NCBI GenBank assembly: GCA_032128875.1
Contig: JAVLKG010000003.1
Span: 609,008 to 673,007, forward strand
DNA length: 64,000 nucleotides
Reading direction: 5' to 3'
From: Candidatus Melainabacteria bacterium 17Bon1m
GTDB taxonomy: Bacteria > Cyanobacteriota > Vampirovibrionia > Obscuribacterales > Obscuribacteraceae
Shown here: positions 37,499 through 47,649 of the stretch, one piece after another
Layout of the letters: the number at the start of each line of letters is the position of its first letter
Position numbering within the stretch: the first letter of the stretch is position 1
Translations under genes and position numbers: made by a program
Notes under the pieces: model-generated
What the model was told of the DNA's origin: nothing
Seen by the model: only the letters and a program-made list of their open reading frames with translations
The model's database searches: none

Positions 37499-38692
37499 AT
37501 GGCAGAGAAGAACGGTAAGGGCGCACTCGTAGTAGTGTCGGGTGCTAGAACGGCTTTTGGTTCGTATGGTGGAGGGTTGGCGTCTCAAACGGCTACCGAC
37601 CTGGCTGTTGCGGCTTCCAAAGGAGCTATCGAAAGGGCCAAAATCGACCCGGCGAAGGTTGATGAGGTTGTTATGGGCAACGTGCTGCAAACGAGCAAGG
37701 ATGCCATTTATCTAGCCAGGCACGTCGGCTTGCGCTCCGGCATGAAGCAAGAAAGCCCGGGGCTTATTCTCAACCTGCTTTGCGGCTCAGGTGTGAAGGC
37801 CGTAGCTACTGCAGAAATGCTTATCGATGCGGATCAAGCACAGATTGTTCTGGCTGGCGGAACCGATTCGCTTTCCATGACCCCTTACATGAGCTGGGCG
37901 ATGCGTTGGGGCGGTCGTATGGGCGCCACCGAGATGTTCGACGGGCTTGACATTCGCGACACTCTGCCGAATGCCTCTATGGGCGAAACAGCGGAGAACC
38001 TGGTCGAGAAGCACAAAATCACAAGAGAAGAGCAAGACGCTTTTGCCGTTGAATCTCAGCAGCGCGCCAAGAAGGCTCAAGATGCCGGCGTTTTCGCTGA
38101 CGAGATCGTCGCGATGGAAGTGGCAGCCGGCAAAGGAAAAACCAAAGTCATCGACAAAGACGAGCACATGCGCCCCGAGACCACAGTTGAAGGTCTGGCG
38201 AAGCTCAAGCCGGCATTTAGAAAAGGTGGTTCCGTAACTGCCGGAAACGCTTGTGGCATCGTAGATGGTGCCGCTGCTCTGATTGTCACCCGCGAGAAGA
38301 TCGCCGAGAAGCAAGGACTGGAGCCGATGGTGAAGGTACTTTCCTGGGCTGTCGTGGGCGTGCCTCCGGAGATCATGGGCATTGGTCCGGTTCCTGCCAT
38401 TCCTAAGGCTCTGGAAAAAGCCGGTCTCAAAATGGAAGATATCGATCTTTTCGAAATCAATGAGGCTTTCGCTGGACAGTATCTTGCTTGCGAGAAAGAA
38501 CTAAAACTCGATCGCAGCCGTGTGAACGTGAATGGTGGAGCGATTGCACTTGGACACCCGTTCGGCGCAACCGGCGCGCGTTTGATTCTAAGCATGGCAC
38601 TCGAATTGAAACGCAGAAAAGCAAAATATGGAGTCGTCAGCCTCTGCATCGGCGGCGGCATGGGCATCGCCATGGTGCTCGAACGCGTTTAG
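37499..38692 (+). CDS. Acetyl-CoA C-acyltransferase (thiolase)
   Basis: CGSG, NEAFA, GGAIALGHPFGATG, CIGGGMG. Confidence 0.95.
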   Translation: MAEKNGKGALVVVSGARTAFGSYGGGLASQTATDLAVAASKGAIERAKIDPAKVDEVVMGNVLQTSKDAIYLARHVGLRSGMKQESPGLILNLLCGSGVKAVATAEMLIDADQAQIVLAGGTDSLSMTPYMSWAMRWGGRMGATEMFDGLDIRDTLPNASMGETAENLVEKHKITREEQDAFAVESQQRAKKAQDAGVFADEIVAMEVAAGKGKTKVIDKDEHMRPETTVEGLAKLKPAFRKGGSVTAGNACGIVDGAAALIVTREKIAEKQGLEPMVKVLSWAVVGVPPEIMGIGPVPAIPKALEKAGLKMEDIDLFEINEAFAGQYLACEKELKLDRSRVNVNGGAIALGHPFGATGARLILSMALELKRRKAKYGVVSLCIGGGMGIAMVLERV

Positions 38693-38704
38693 AAGGCAAC
38701 TGCC

Positions 38705-38763
38705 GGAGCGCCTGCTTCTAGCCGGCTTTTGAAGCAAAATGCCGCCAGGATGGCGGCGCTCCC
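38705..38763. repeat. Inverted pair of REP-like palindromes (GGAGCGCC-type)
   Basis: GGAGCGCCTGCTTCTAGCCGGC facing GCCGCCAGGATGGCGGCGCTCCC just after the thiolase stop. Confidence 0.55.
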
Positions 38764-38795
38764 TAGGGCTCAGCCAGTGAGGATTTCTGAACAAC

Positions 38796-38822
38796 AAAAA
38801 AGCCGCCAAAGTGACGGCTTTC
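38796..38822 (-). terminator. Intrinsic terminator
   Basis: AAGCCGTCA-CTT-TGGCGGCTTTTTT on the minus strand. Confidence 0.65.
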
Positions 38823-38864
38823 AATCAATTTGCTAGAAGTCAGAAATCGGAATTCTACAATTCG

Positions 38865-39185
38865 CTAGCTTCCCCAGTAGGTTACGTAGGGATTGGGCTT
38901 AGTCGCTTTCGGCTGTTCATAGCCCTCGCGAGTGTAGACATACTTCTTCTCTTCGACTTCTTTCTTTTTCTTCTTTGACTTTGCTTCAGCTATTTGGGGC
39001 TGACCATTCACGTAAACAGCCGGAGTGAGCGAAGGAGTGTAAGCGGGCGGCGGCGGAACGAAGTAGCTTCTAGAGCCGCTTCTCTTTTTGCCTTTCGCTT
39101 CAACATCTTGAGCGCACACGAGATTAACCGACGTTGCCACCAGAGCTAGCATAGCGACGTACAAGGAAGGATTCCTAAAGACCAT
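38865..39185 (-). CDS. Small exported hypothetical protein
   Basis: Signal peptide, VPPPPAY motif, followed by a terminator. Confidence 0.65.
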   Translation of the reverse strand: MVFRNPSLYVAMLALVATSVNLVCAQDVEAKGKKRSGSRSYFVPPPPAYTPSLTPAVYVNGQPQIAEAKSKKKKKEVEEKKYVYTREGYEQPKATKPNPYVTYWGS

Positions 39186-39384
39186 AAAAGACCCCCGTAC
39201 CCGGAGTTCTGATAACTCCGGTCATCAAGAGCAGACCATAAGTAATCTTACCATCTAGGTAACGCATATAGGGTGAGATATAGTTACCGCGTGATGAACA
39301 CAACGCACAGCCCTGCTGAGTTTCAGCAGATTGAAACAAATCTCACAGCCGCTTTACATCGGCGATCGATTGTCTGATATTGAA

Positions 39385-39792
39385 CTATCTGGAAGTCGTA
39401 TCTTTCGTCCAGCGAGTAGCACGGCGGATTTTGCTTTGCTGGTCACTGCTATCCACGTTGTGAGCATTCACTGATGGATCCCAGGTGGCTACGGACTCAC
39501 CGAACCACACCTGCAAATCATTGCAAGTTTTGGAAGCCGGCAATTTGTGAGTAGGGGTGGGCGCAGGCATTTCGCCTGTCATCTTGCTGCGAGCTTCCTC
39601 AGCGATTTGAATCACTTGAGGTTGATGCTCGTGCAAAGGCTCGGCCGGTTGGTAAGCCTCTAGACGGTTAAAAGTATCCTTCCAGATTGTTTTAAGTTGC
39701 TCAGGCTTTTCAGCTTTCTCACTTTGCTGGGAGTTCGTTTTCAGCCATTTAAAAGTGAAAAAGTCGATTAGAGCTTGACGCCAAGTACACAT
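39385..39792 (-). CDS. Hypothetical protein
   Basis: RBS GAGGAG, 135-aa ORF filling the gap. Confidence 0.6.
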   Translation of the reverse strand: MCTWRQALIDFFTFKWLKTNSQQSEKAEKPEQLKTIWKDTFNRLEAYQPAEPLHEHQPQVIQIAEEARSKMTGEMPAPTPTHKLPASKTCNDLQVWFGESVATWDPSVNAHNVDSSDQQSKIRRATRWTKDTTSR

Positions 39793-39878
39793 AAAAAGCT
39801 CCTCTCAGTACATAAGGCTGCCTGAGATATGCCCATGACATACGGGCGGTAACTTTTTGGTCTTGGAAATTAAAAAGA

Positions 39879-40559
39879 TTAAAGACTGTTTATATTCAGT
39901 AACGGCAAAACTTCGCCGAATGCACCTTCATTTTCCGGATCGCAATCGATCAGCGATGCCAGAGGCGGCATTTCGGAATGAATTTCGTTAGCCAGCTCCA
40001 GCTTGAGCTGATACTCACTGGGTGGCTCGAAACATGAAAGGCAGCGGGCTTCGTACTGGGCGTCGCCGACCAAAATCTGCTCGTTGGAATTGACCATACG
40101 CTGGGTGCGGCAGGCGAAATCGGAGCCACATTTGCGACAGACAGCCAAAAGCTTGTCTACGCGGTCTGCAATCGCCAGTAGTTCAGGGATTGGACCGAAA
40201 GGTTTGCCTCTGTAGTCCAGGTCCAAGCCTGAGGCAATAATCTTCTTTTTCTGGCGTAGGAGCGCCAAAACAACTTCAGGCACATCTTCGGAAAAGAATT
40301 GGCACTCGTCCATGCCGATCACGACTGCATGAGACGAATACTTCAAAATGTCCTTGGCTGTCTCTACAACAATAGCTTTGGAAGCGAGACCATTTCGCGA
40401 CTCTATTTGATTAGGCTTCGAACGCGTATCGGTAGCTGGGCGCACAATAATAGTCGGAAGATACGCCAGGCGGGCGCGTTCTATTCTGCGAATGAGTTCG
40501 CTGGATTTCCCAGACCTCATGCAGCCGACGATCATCTCGAATCGATATCCAGTCAGCAT
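39879..40559 (-). CDS. tdk: Thymidine kinase
   Basis: GCMRSGKS, DECQFF, SGLDLDYRGKPF, Zn motifs CRKC and CLSC; ATG 40559. Confidence 0.93.
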   Translation of the reverse strand: MLTGYRFEMIVGCMRSGKSSELIRRIERARLAYLPTIIVRPATDTRSKPNQIESRNGLASKAIVVETAKDILKYSSHAVVIGMDECQFFSEDVPEVVLALLRQKKKIIASGLDLDYRGKPFGPIPELLAIADRVDKLLAVCRKCGSDFACRTQRMVNSNEQILVGDAQYEARCLSCFEPPSEYQLKLELANEIHSEMPPLASLIDCDPENEGAFGEVLPLLNINSL

Positions 40560-40774
40560 AAACTCGGATCTACCTCGAAAGTGTTTCCTAAAGGGTGCGC
40601 GAAGATTCAAATATTACCGAAAAACCGGCTGACAATACCTGAAGAAAACGCCCTCCTCAGTTTCATATTTCTTCATATGAAGTAAACGTCAGTGCAGCTT
40701 TGTAAGGCAGACAACACGAAAAAGTCGTGCAATAATGCGCCCCGCGATCGTTTAGATATGCGATCTGTACAGCC

Positions 40775-42238
40775 TCAGCTTGCACCGCCGGTGGTGTCAG
40801 GCTCTTCTGCAGAAGAAAACGCGGCATTCATCCCGGTCAATTCTTTATATGAAAGCATGCGGTCCAATTCCTCTTTAGGAATGAGGCCGCGCTGAGTTAC
40901 GAGTTCTTTCAAAGTCAGATCGGCTTGTTCCGCCTCGCGGGCCAACTCTTGGGCAGGCTTATCGCCCAGGCGTTTGCTGACGACGGCGAGCACAACTCCT
41001 GCTTCTTCCATCTGCAAATTGCATGCGGAATGATTGGCTGTAATCGCGCGCAAATACTTACTGTTGAACGGTTCAATAGTGCTGCGCAGCAAATCTACCG
41101 ATTGAAGAATGTTGTGAATGATGAGCGGTGTCATCACATTTGATTCGAATTGTCCTGACTGGGCGGCCAGTCCGACTACTATGTCATTGCCGAAAACCTG
41201 ACTGGACGCCATGTTGATGCATTCGACCAAAGTTGGAATGCGGCGATTAGGAAGTGTGTTCGGGCGAATGAGAGAACGTTCGACAATCAATTCCGGCGCA
41301 GTGATTTCGCTCAGGCCTGTGCGCGGACCTGAGGAAAGCAGGCGCAAGTCGTTGCCAATCTTCGTGAGTTCAATTGCGAGTTCTTTCAATGCTGAGGAAA
41401 ACTCGACAAAATCGGACATTGACTGAGAAATGCGGAAGAAGTCATCCGATTGGCGCAAGCGTATTCCTGTGTATTGCGAAAGCCGCTCCACTGCTGCATG
41501 TATGTATTGGCTGTCGGCCCCGAGTCCAGTGCCCACATGAGTGGCGCCGATGTTCAACTCTGTAAGACTGACGCTCGCTTCTTTCAAGCGCTTCAAGCAG
41601 CGCTCAATGGATGAACCGAACGCGTTGAATTCCTGACCCAGCGTGATCGGCAGTGCATCTTGCAAATGCGAGCGTCCCATTTTGATGACGCGTTCAAACT
41701 CTAGCGATTTGCGCCTGAGCAGGCGTTCTAAATCTAGAAGGACGGGTTCGAATTCCTTTGTGGCAAGCAACACTGCGATGCGCATAGCGGTTGGAAAAAC
41801 ATCGTTTGGCGATTGTGCCATGTCGACGTGTTTGACCGGATGTATCGTATCGTAGCTGCCCAGCGCGCCACCGAGGATTTCCTGTCCACGATTGGCAAGC
41901 ACTTCGTTGACATTGATATTAAGGGCGGTGCCTGCACCAGAAGAAAGGATTTCCAGGACGAATTGATCGCGCCATTGTCCGCCGCACGCTTCATCTGCCG
42001 CCTGCATGATGGCGCGTGCGACTGAAGCATCCAGCCGCTTGCAGTCGAGATTTGCCTGAGCGCAGGCTTTCTTCACCAAGAGTAAGGCATCGATCAGCCT
42101 TGGATGGACTTTCAGTCCGCTTGTCGGCAGTATTTCTTTGAGCCTGAATGTGTTGGCGCCATAGTAAGCCTTCGCGGGCAGGAAAACTTCTCCCAGCTCG
42201 TCTTTCTCAACTCTGACGTCAGCTCTTTTAGTTACCAT
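40775..42238 (-). CDS. Aspartate ammonia-lyase/class II fumarase family protein with degenerate active site
   Basis: EKDELG, YYG, NEVLAN, GRSHLQDA.P.TLGQEF, NDLRLLSSGPRTGL.EI; the GSSIMPGKVNP signature is absent. Confidence 0.85.
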   Translation of the reverse strand: MVTKRADVRVEKDELGEVFLPAKAYYGANTFRLKEILPTSGLKVHPRLIDALLLVKKACAQANLDCKRLDASVARAIMQAADEACGGQWRDQFVLEILSSGAGTALNINVNEVLANRGQEILGGALGSYDTIHPVKHVDMAQSPNDVFPTAMRIAVLLATKEFEPVLLDLERLLRRKSLEFERVIKMGRSHLQDALPITLGQEFNAFGSSIERCLKRLKEASVSLTELNIGATHVGTGLGADSQYIHAAVERLSQYTGIRLRQSDDFFRISQSMSDFVEFSSALKELAIELTKIGNDLRLLSSGPRTGLSEITAPELIVERSLIRPNTLPNRRIPTLVECINMASSQVFGNDIVVGLAAQSGQFESNVMTPLIIHNILQSVDLLRSTIEPFNSKYLRAITANHSACNLQMEEAGVVLAVVSKRLGDKPAQELAREAEQADLTLKELVTQRGLIPKEELDRMLSYKELTGMNAAFSSAEEPDTTGGAS

Positions 42239-42389
42239 CGAACAATTGGAAAACCGTATAAGTCGAAGGGCCGCCACGGAAAATGTCCGTCAAGAATAAC
42301 TAAATAGAAATAGTCATAGATCCAGTATTGAGTAAAACAAATCTCAAAGAGCCCGAATCATAGTATTCCTGCGGCTCATGAAAGAGGTG

Positions 42390-43337
42390 TTACTTCATGC
42401 CCGCTAATAGATTCTCGGCCATGTTGATAACTTGGGGATCCGAATTGATTCCTTTTGCGCGGTCTAGAAATACCTGCAGTTGCTGGCGTGACTCAGCGAT
42501 ATTGCCCATTCCTTTTAGCGCCAGAGCCTCATATAAAGGCAAATTCGGGTCTGTCGCCATCAATTCGTGTGCTCTCTGGAGCTCTCTGAAGGAGCCGGAA
42601 TAGTCGCCCTTGAAAAGAAGCAGTCGCCCGTAATTGAGATGTGCAATCTCGTTTTTGTCGTCGATTTCGATGGCGCGCTTGTAGTCGAATTCAGCTTCCT
42701 TTAGGAAATTGAGCTTCACCAGCGTATTTCCGAGGTTAATGCGCAGTTGAGATGAGTCCATTCCCAGAGCGGTCGCTTTCTTCACCGAGGCGCTATAGTT
42801 GGTCAAAGCCAACTGTGGATTGCCTTTCTGGTCATAAATCAAGCCAAGCAGGAATTGTGGAGTGGGATCCACTCTGCGGTACTCCATCGATTTTTGCAAA
42901 AGCCCAATCGCGGGATCCATCTGCCCGCTTGAAATTAAGTCCGTTGCTTGCCGAATGAGCATCTTGCCGCGAATGAATGGATCTTGTTCGTTCGGCGGCG
43001 CATTTTGGAAGGGCTGGAACACAGGCATTTGTGGTTGCTGTGGAGGCGGCGCTTGCATATTTTGTTGCAGGTTGTTGAACTGCTGAAAATTGAATGGCAA
43101 GGCTGGTGATGAAGATCGCCCTGGCAGGGTCTGCGGTAAAACCTGAGTTTGCGCATAAACCGGGGGCTGCGGAGAAATTGGAGGCTGCGGTGAAAGAGGC
43201 GGGAACGCGCTATTGTCCTGCGCAAGAGTTGGCAGGGCAAGCAGAATTTGCGCCGCAGCCACGCAGCCAATTTTTCCAAAAATAGAATTGGATTTCAGTT
43301 GAATCAAAAACCGTTCGCTCAGTCCAGTGCCTCGCAT
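42390..43337 (-). CDS. Exported TPR protein
   Basis: Signal peptide, P/Q-rich linker, TPR repeats. Confidence 0.8.
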   Translation of the reverse strand: MRGTGLSERFLIQLKSNSIFGKIGCVAAAQILLALPTLAQDNSAFPPLSPQPPISPQPPVYAQTQVLPQTLPGRSSSPALPFNFQQFNNLQQNMQAPPPQQPQMPVFQPFQNAPPNEQDPFIRGKMLIRQATDLISSGQMDPAIGLLQKSMEYRRVDPTPQFLLGLIYDQKGNPQLALTNYSASVKKATALGMDSSQLRINLGNTLVKLNFLKEAEFDYKRAIEIDDKNEIAHLNYGRLLLFKGDYSGSFRELQRAHELMATDPNLPLYEALALKGMGNIAESRQQLQVFLDRAKGINSDPQVINMAENLLAGMK

Positions 43338-43381
43338 TTTAACTGATAGCGATGTGAAAAACGCGCCGAACTCTACTTTCT

Positions 43382-46003
43382 CTATCTTCTATCTAAATTG
43401 TCTTCGACCGCCCTGGCTGCTGGTTGAGCGACTACCGATACGCCTACTTTGATAGGAAGTTTGCGAACTGTTTGAGTATTGTTGGTGATTCTGCCTTCCA
43501 CTGCAGAGAATGATTTCGGATCAATCTGCTTGCCGGCGATATGCTGGGCGATGAGATCGACTTGCGAGACAGGAACAGGCTTCATAGCTATTTCTTGGGC
43601 CACATCTTCCAGGGTGCGCTCCGGTCCGAAGAGTCCGGCTTTTGTCCATTTATGCACAGGGTGCTGGCGAGTGACGACGTTGTAAGTTTTATCGAGCTGA
43701 AGAGGTCCAAACGAACCATCAGCAGCTTGAATTTTTATATTGTTGATTCTGCCGCCCAGTGTGCCTGCTCGCCAGGGCTCTCCAGCCAGGTCTATTGCAT
43801 ATTTCAATCCGCTCACCTGTACAAAATTGCCGGAGAGATCTTGCGGCGCGTCGTCAACTTTAGGGAAGAACAACTGTCCGACACGCTGAGCAACAGAGGG
43901 TTTTTCTGGTGTGTTCAGATCGCGAACACCATATTCCAACCCTTGTTTTATTTGCGCTCCTGTGAGGCGAACATTGACCAGTTCTTTGATTTCGCCTTCT
44001 CTTTTGCCTGCGTTCATAACCAAATTGGCTATGTCGAGTCGAGTCAACGGTTTGCCTGCGACGATTTGATCGCGGATTCCGCCGGAGTGTGTCATGACGA
44101 CGAGATCATCTCCGAGCTGCGGTTTGAGCCCGCTGCGAATTGCATCAGAGACAAGATTCCCGAGCGCTGTTTCTTTGGCTCGCAATCCACGTGCGCTGTA
44201 ATTACCGACCGCCATCGCACCATAGGTTTCCTGTGTAAGAGCGTTGCGCTCCGGCAGAGCATTCTTGATGGCCTGCTCGATAGCTTCATCTGCTCCAAGC
44301 TCGGCGGTGATAGGGACGAGATTGCCGCGGGTGAAATAGCGGTTGGCCGTGCCATCTATATTGACCGCCGATTGGAAATTGCCGAGCCATCTACCGCCCG
44401 AGCCTGCGTGCATAATTGGAATTTCGAAATTGCCACCAACCGGTCTGCCTGCCAGGCGATCTATTGTTCTTCCAATAATTCCTTTTTCCGGGCCGACCCA
44501 AATTGGAGTTGGTGTGATGCTGTGACTGTGTCCGCCCTGAATGCGGGTGACTGGGAGATTCTCGCGGATCAATGCTTTGGCGAGTTTTAAATCTTCGCCA
44601 AGACCGATGTGCGTATCAAGAACGATGTGCTTGATGCCCTGGCTGTTCAAATCTTTGATGGCTGCGATCGCCGTTTGTTCTGCATCGTGATACTTAATTG
44701 CACCGACGGCGCCCTCGTCTGTCGTCAAGCCGATTGTTGCGACTTTTGTTTTGCCCCACGGTGCCATAATTTCTTCAATTACATAAGGTTTTGTCAGCCC
44801 GTTGTATTCCGGATACGCGCTCACATCTAAATTCGAATTGATGACTGAGACGTTTGGATTTTTCTCCAGGATGGGGCGCATGACTTTGCCCCAGCGCGGA
44901 ACATCGAAAAGCCCTCCGGCAGCGTCGTGTTCGTGGTTGCCTAAAATAATCTTGCGCGCTTGCATATCGATGAGCGTTTCATATTCTACTTGTCCGCCCT
45001 TCGTAAATGCAAAGTTGACGTGCCCGGAAAGGGCATCGCCGGTGATATCAAAGCTGGTCGGTCTTCCTTTTGCATAGGACTGAGCATTAAGGTCATCCAG
45101 AGCTGATTTCATGTATGGCAGCTGGTCAAGGTTGCTGTGGAAGTCGCCCATAAATCTGCCATCTATGCGCATGACATTAGCGTCGCTTCGCACTTTGGCA
45201 CCAAGCTCGCCGACAATTTGTCTGCCTCTGAAAAGTGCAGTGCCAGTGCCTGTTAACGCTCCGCCGAAGAGCGAGCCGAATGCTACGTCCTGTCCTATTT
45301 GCGATGCGGTGGTGGTTAGTGCGTCACCAGTATTGGTGGCAAACTGATCTTTGTTTTCCCAGGCGCGTCTGGGCGTGCTCCAAACAAAAGTTCCTGCAGC
45401 ACCGCCCGCCATGCCGCGTACGACGTTATGTTTGATTGCTTCAATGCCTGAATTTTTGACAATTACTTTGGCGCCTTCCATTGCTGTTTCAGTGGAAATG
45501 TTTTCGCCCAGTGCTCGACGTCCGAGTGCCGACAGGTAGCGTTTTGACACTTGCTGGTCTACTGCACTACCGACTACGCCGGCAAGCCCGTCCACAGCAC
45601 CCCATGCCAGGTCAGAGGCTTTGGCTGTTCTGTTTTTTTCATCGAGAATTGCATGCTCGACGCCTGTTTTCACTGTGTATTTTGTGGCACCACCAGCCAG
45701 CATTGCCAGCGGAATGGACATCGCTTTTGCTGCGCCATGAGTGGTTGCATTCAGAAGGCTGTAAGCAACAACGCCGGACACGCCTGCTGTGAGGCTTCCG
45801 GCGAAGTCCGCAGCGGTTTGTTTGGCAGTTACTCCAGAACTCTTTTCTTCTGGGTTGGTCTGCGCGACTGCCTGCGGTTTAAAGCTGTAGGCACCTGCAG
45901 ATTCGAGCAGCATTTTGCTGACCGCAGTACCTTTGGACAGCTGCGACTCTGGGGGTGTTTCTTGCAGCTGTGCAGGGTTTTCTTGTTGCTCGAATGGAGG
46001 CAT
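43382..46003 (-). CDS. Metallophosphoesterase/5'-nucleotidase with glycine-rich hydrophobic N-terminal extension
   Basis: GDFH, GD, GNHE, TH.G, GGHSH, E..LGNLV.D, GGIR, QVSGL. Confidence 0.85.
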   Translation of the reverse strand: MPPFEQQENPAQLQETPPESQLSKGTAVSKMLLESAGAYSFKPQAVAQTNPEEKSSGVTAKQTAADFAGSLTAGVSGVVAYSLLNATTHGAAKAMSIPLAMLAGGATKYTVKTGVEHAILDEKNRTAKASDLAWGAVDGLAGVVGSAVDQQVSKRYLSALGRRALGENISTETAMEGAKVIVKNSGIEAIKHNVVRGMAGGAAGTFVWSTPRRAWENKDQFATNTGDALTTTASQIGQDVAFGSLFGGALTGTGTALFRGRQIVGELGAKVRSDANVMRIDGRFMGDFHSNLDQLPYMKSALDDLNAQSYAKGRPTSFDITGDALSGHVNFAFTKGGQVEYETLIDMQARKIILGNHEHDAAGGLFDVPRWGKVMRPILEKNPNVSVINSNLDVSAYPEYNGLTKPYVIEEIMAPWGKTKVATIGLTTDEGAVGAIKYHDAEQTAIAAIKDLNSQGIKHIVLDTHIGLGEDLKLAKALIRENLPVTRIQGGHSHSITPTPIWVGPEKGIIGRTIDRLAGRPVGGNFEIPIMHAGSGGRWLGNFQSAVNIDGTANRYFTRGNLVPITAELGADEAIEQAIKNALPERNALTQETYGAMAVGNYSARGLRAKETALGNLVSDAIRSGLKPQLGDDLVVMTHSGGIRDQIVAGKPLTRLDIANLVMNAGKREGEIKELVNVRLTGAQIKQGLEYGVRDLNTPEKPSVAQRVGQLFFPKVDDAPQDLSGNFVQVSGLKYAIDLAGEPWRAGTLGGRINNIKIQAADGSFGPLQLDKTYNVVTRQHPVHKWTKAGLFGPERTLEDVAQEIAMKPVPVSQVDLIAQHIAGKQIDPKSFSAVEGRITNNTQTVRKLPIKVGVSVVAQPAARAVEDNLDRR

Positions 46004-46179
46004 GAGCCCGCAGAATCCTTTGAAGAGGACTTCTACAGTAGATTAGTAATTAAGCTTCAGTAATGAGGAGATTACGCAAACCCTTGCGTAAGACTCCCCC
46101 GGGGCTGCCCACTGCCAGTCCGGTGGTATATCTTTGAAACGTGCTACAGTACCTGCTCTCGGTGATTATTAATCAATAA

Positions 46180-46485
46180 ATGGACGGCGACCACAAAACC
46201 GATACGGCTATGGACCAGTTGCCGGCCGACTGCTCAAAGTGCAAGCGGCCGTTATGTTTGCGCCAAAAAGTTATGAATTTGACAGTCGGGAATGTCGACG
46301 AGCTTTACTGTCTTGAATGCCTGGGTCTGGAAAGTGACCGGAGAGCAGTTGAAGTTCTTCTTACACTTAAAGGTTATGCGCTCGCCAGGGAGTGTTTTTC
46401 CAAAGAATGGCGCCGCTACACCACAGTCGACGATTGCCCTGACAGGCTGGGCTGCTGCCCGGAGCAATGTTTTTCGCAGCCTTAG
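46180..46485 (+). CDS. Cys-rich hypothetical protein
   Basis: CSKC, CLEC, CPDRLGCCPEQC. Confidence 0.6.
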   Translation: MDGDHKTDTAMDQLPADCSKCKRPLCLRQKVMNLTVGNVDELYCLECLGLESDRRAVEVLLTLKGYALARECFSKEWRRYTTVDDCPDRLGCCPEQCFSQP

Positions 46486-46578
46486 TGCTTTAGACTTTTG
46501 TTAGGACACGTGCTGCTCAGATTAGGATGTAAGGTTCCATTTGGCAGCGCTGGCGAGGTTTTAGGGGGTTCTCTACTG

Positions 46579-46812
46579 GTGGCTGATTTTGAACTGGATT
46601 TGCGAGGCGTCGCTTGTCCCATGAATTTTGTCAAAACAAGGCTGTTTCTTGACAAGATTCAAGAAGGTGACCTGGTGACGGTTTTGCTCGATGGGGGTGA
46701 ACCTGTCGAAAGTGTTTCAGAGAGTGTTGTGCAAGACGGGCACACGCTGGAAGGCAAATCTGAGGCGGCAGAAGGGCACTTTAAGCTGGTCATTCGCAAA
46801 GGTAGATTCTAG
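46579..46812 (+). CDS. tusA: TusA/SirA-family sulfurtransferase
   Basis: LDLRGVACPMNFVK...LVIRK; GTG 46579 preferred start. Confidence 0.88.
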   Translation: MADFELDLRGVACPMNFVKTRLFLDKIQEGDLVTVLLDGGEPVESVSESVVQDGHTLEGKSEAAEGHFKLVIRKGRF

Positions 46813-46911
46813 ATATTAGTAATAACTGTTGACAAACTAGCCTGGTGCAGGCGACTATAACCCGACTGGGCGTAGCCCCTCTCGGGCAAAAGCCCGAATA
46901 ACGGAATCCGG

Positions 46912-47640
46912 TTGGCATTGCGCATGTTTAAACACGAAAGCAACGCTTGCAAGAGCAAAGCTAAAACAGCCCTAGGCGGAAGCGCTCTGGCTGCGCTTTT
47001 GCTTTTCGCCGGCAGCTTGTCCGTAGTGCCTTCGATTGCGGCTGATATAAGCAAAGCGCCGCCCTCAGAGGCCGAGTTCAAAGTCGCCAAGGACAATCTG
47101 GCTGCGGCTCCCAAGGATTTTAAAACTCACCTTGCTCTGGCTGAGCTGTACAAGCGTGCCGGTTCGAACAAGGAAGCAGTCAAAGAGTATGCACAGACCA
47201 CTGAGCTCAACCCTGCCTGCTATGTCGCCTATCACCAGATGGCTTATTCCAATCCGGATTCAGCGACTGTCGAAGCCGCAATTGAGCGCCTGAATAAATT
47301 GAAAGAAGAGAAGCCTCGCGACTTGCTTTTGCGTGTGGCACTTTCTGAGCTTCTGGAGCAGCGCAAAGAGTATTATCATGCCGCCCGCACACTGGTGGAC
47401 CTGCTTTATCAAAATGCAGTGCCTGATCAGCACATCGCCAAGGTGAATTCGCGAATTCGCTTGTTGCTCGGCAAAGCAAAAGACATGCAAACACTTGAGA
47501 AAGCAAAAGGTTTGGAAGACGAAATGGAAGTCGTTCCGCCACCATTGCCTGAGGCAAGCTTGAGACGCAACCTCCATGCCTCTAAAATAAAGGAGCCAAA
47601 GGTAATGCCCGGCGTCGGGCACGCGCCATTGCTTCCCTAG
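46912..47640 (+). CDS. Exported TPR-like protein
   Basis: Signal peptide, helical repeats. Confidence 0.7.
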   Translation: MALRMFKHESNACKSKAKTALGGSALAALLLFAGSLSVVPSIAADISKAPPSEAEFKVAKDNLAAAPKDFKTHLALAELYKRAGSNKEAVKEYAQTTELNPACYVAYHQMAYSNPDSATVEAAIERLNKLKEEKPRDLLLRVALSELLEQRKEYYHAARTLVDLLYQNAVPDQHIAKVNSRIRLLLGKAKDMQTLEKAKGLEDEMEVVPPPLPEASLRRNLHASKIKEPKVMPGVGHAPLLP

Positions 47641-47649
47641 GCTTTTTCT

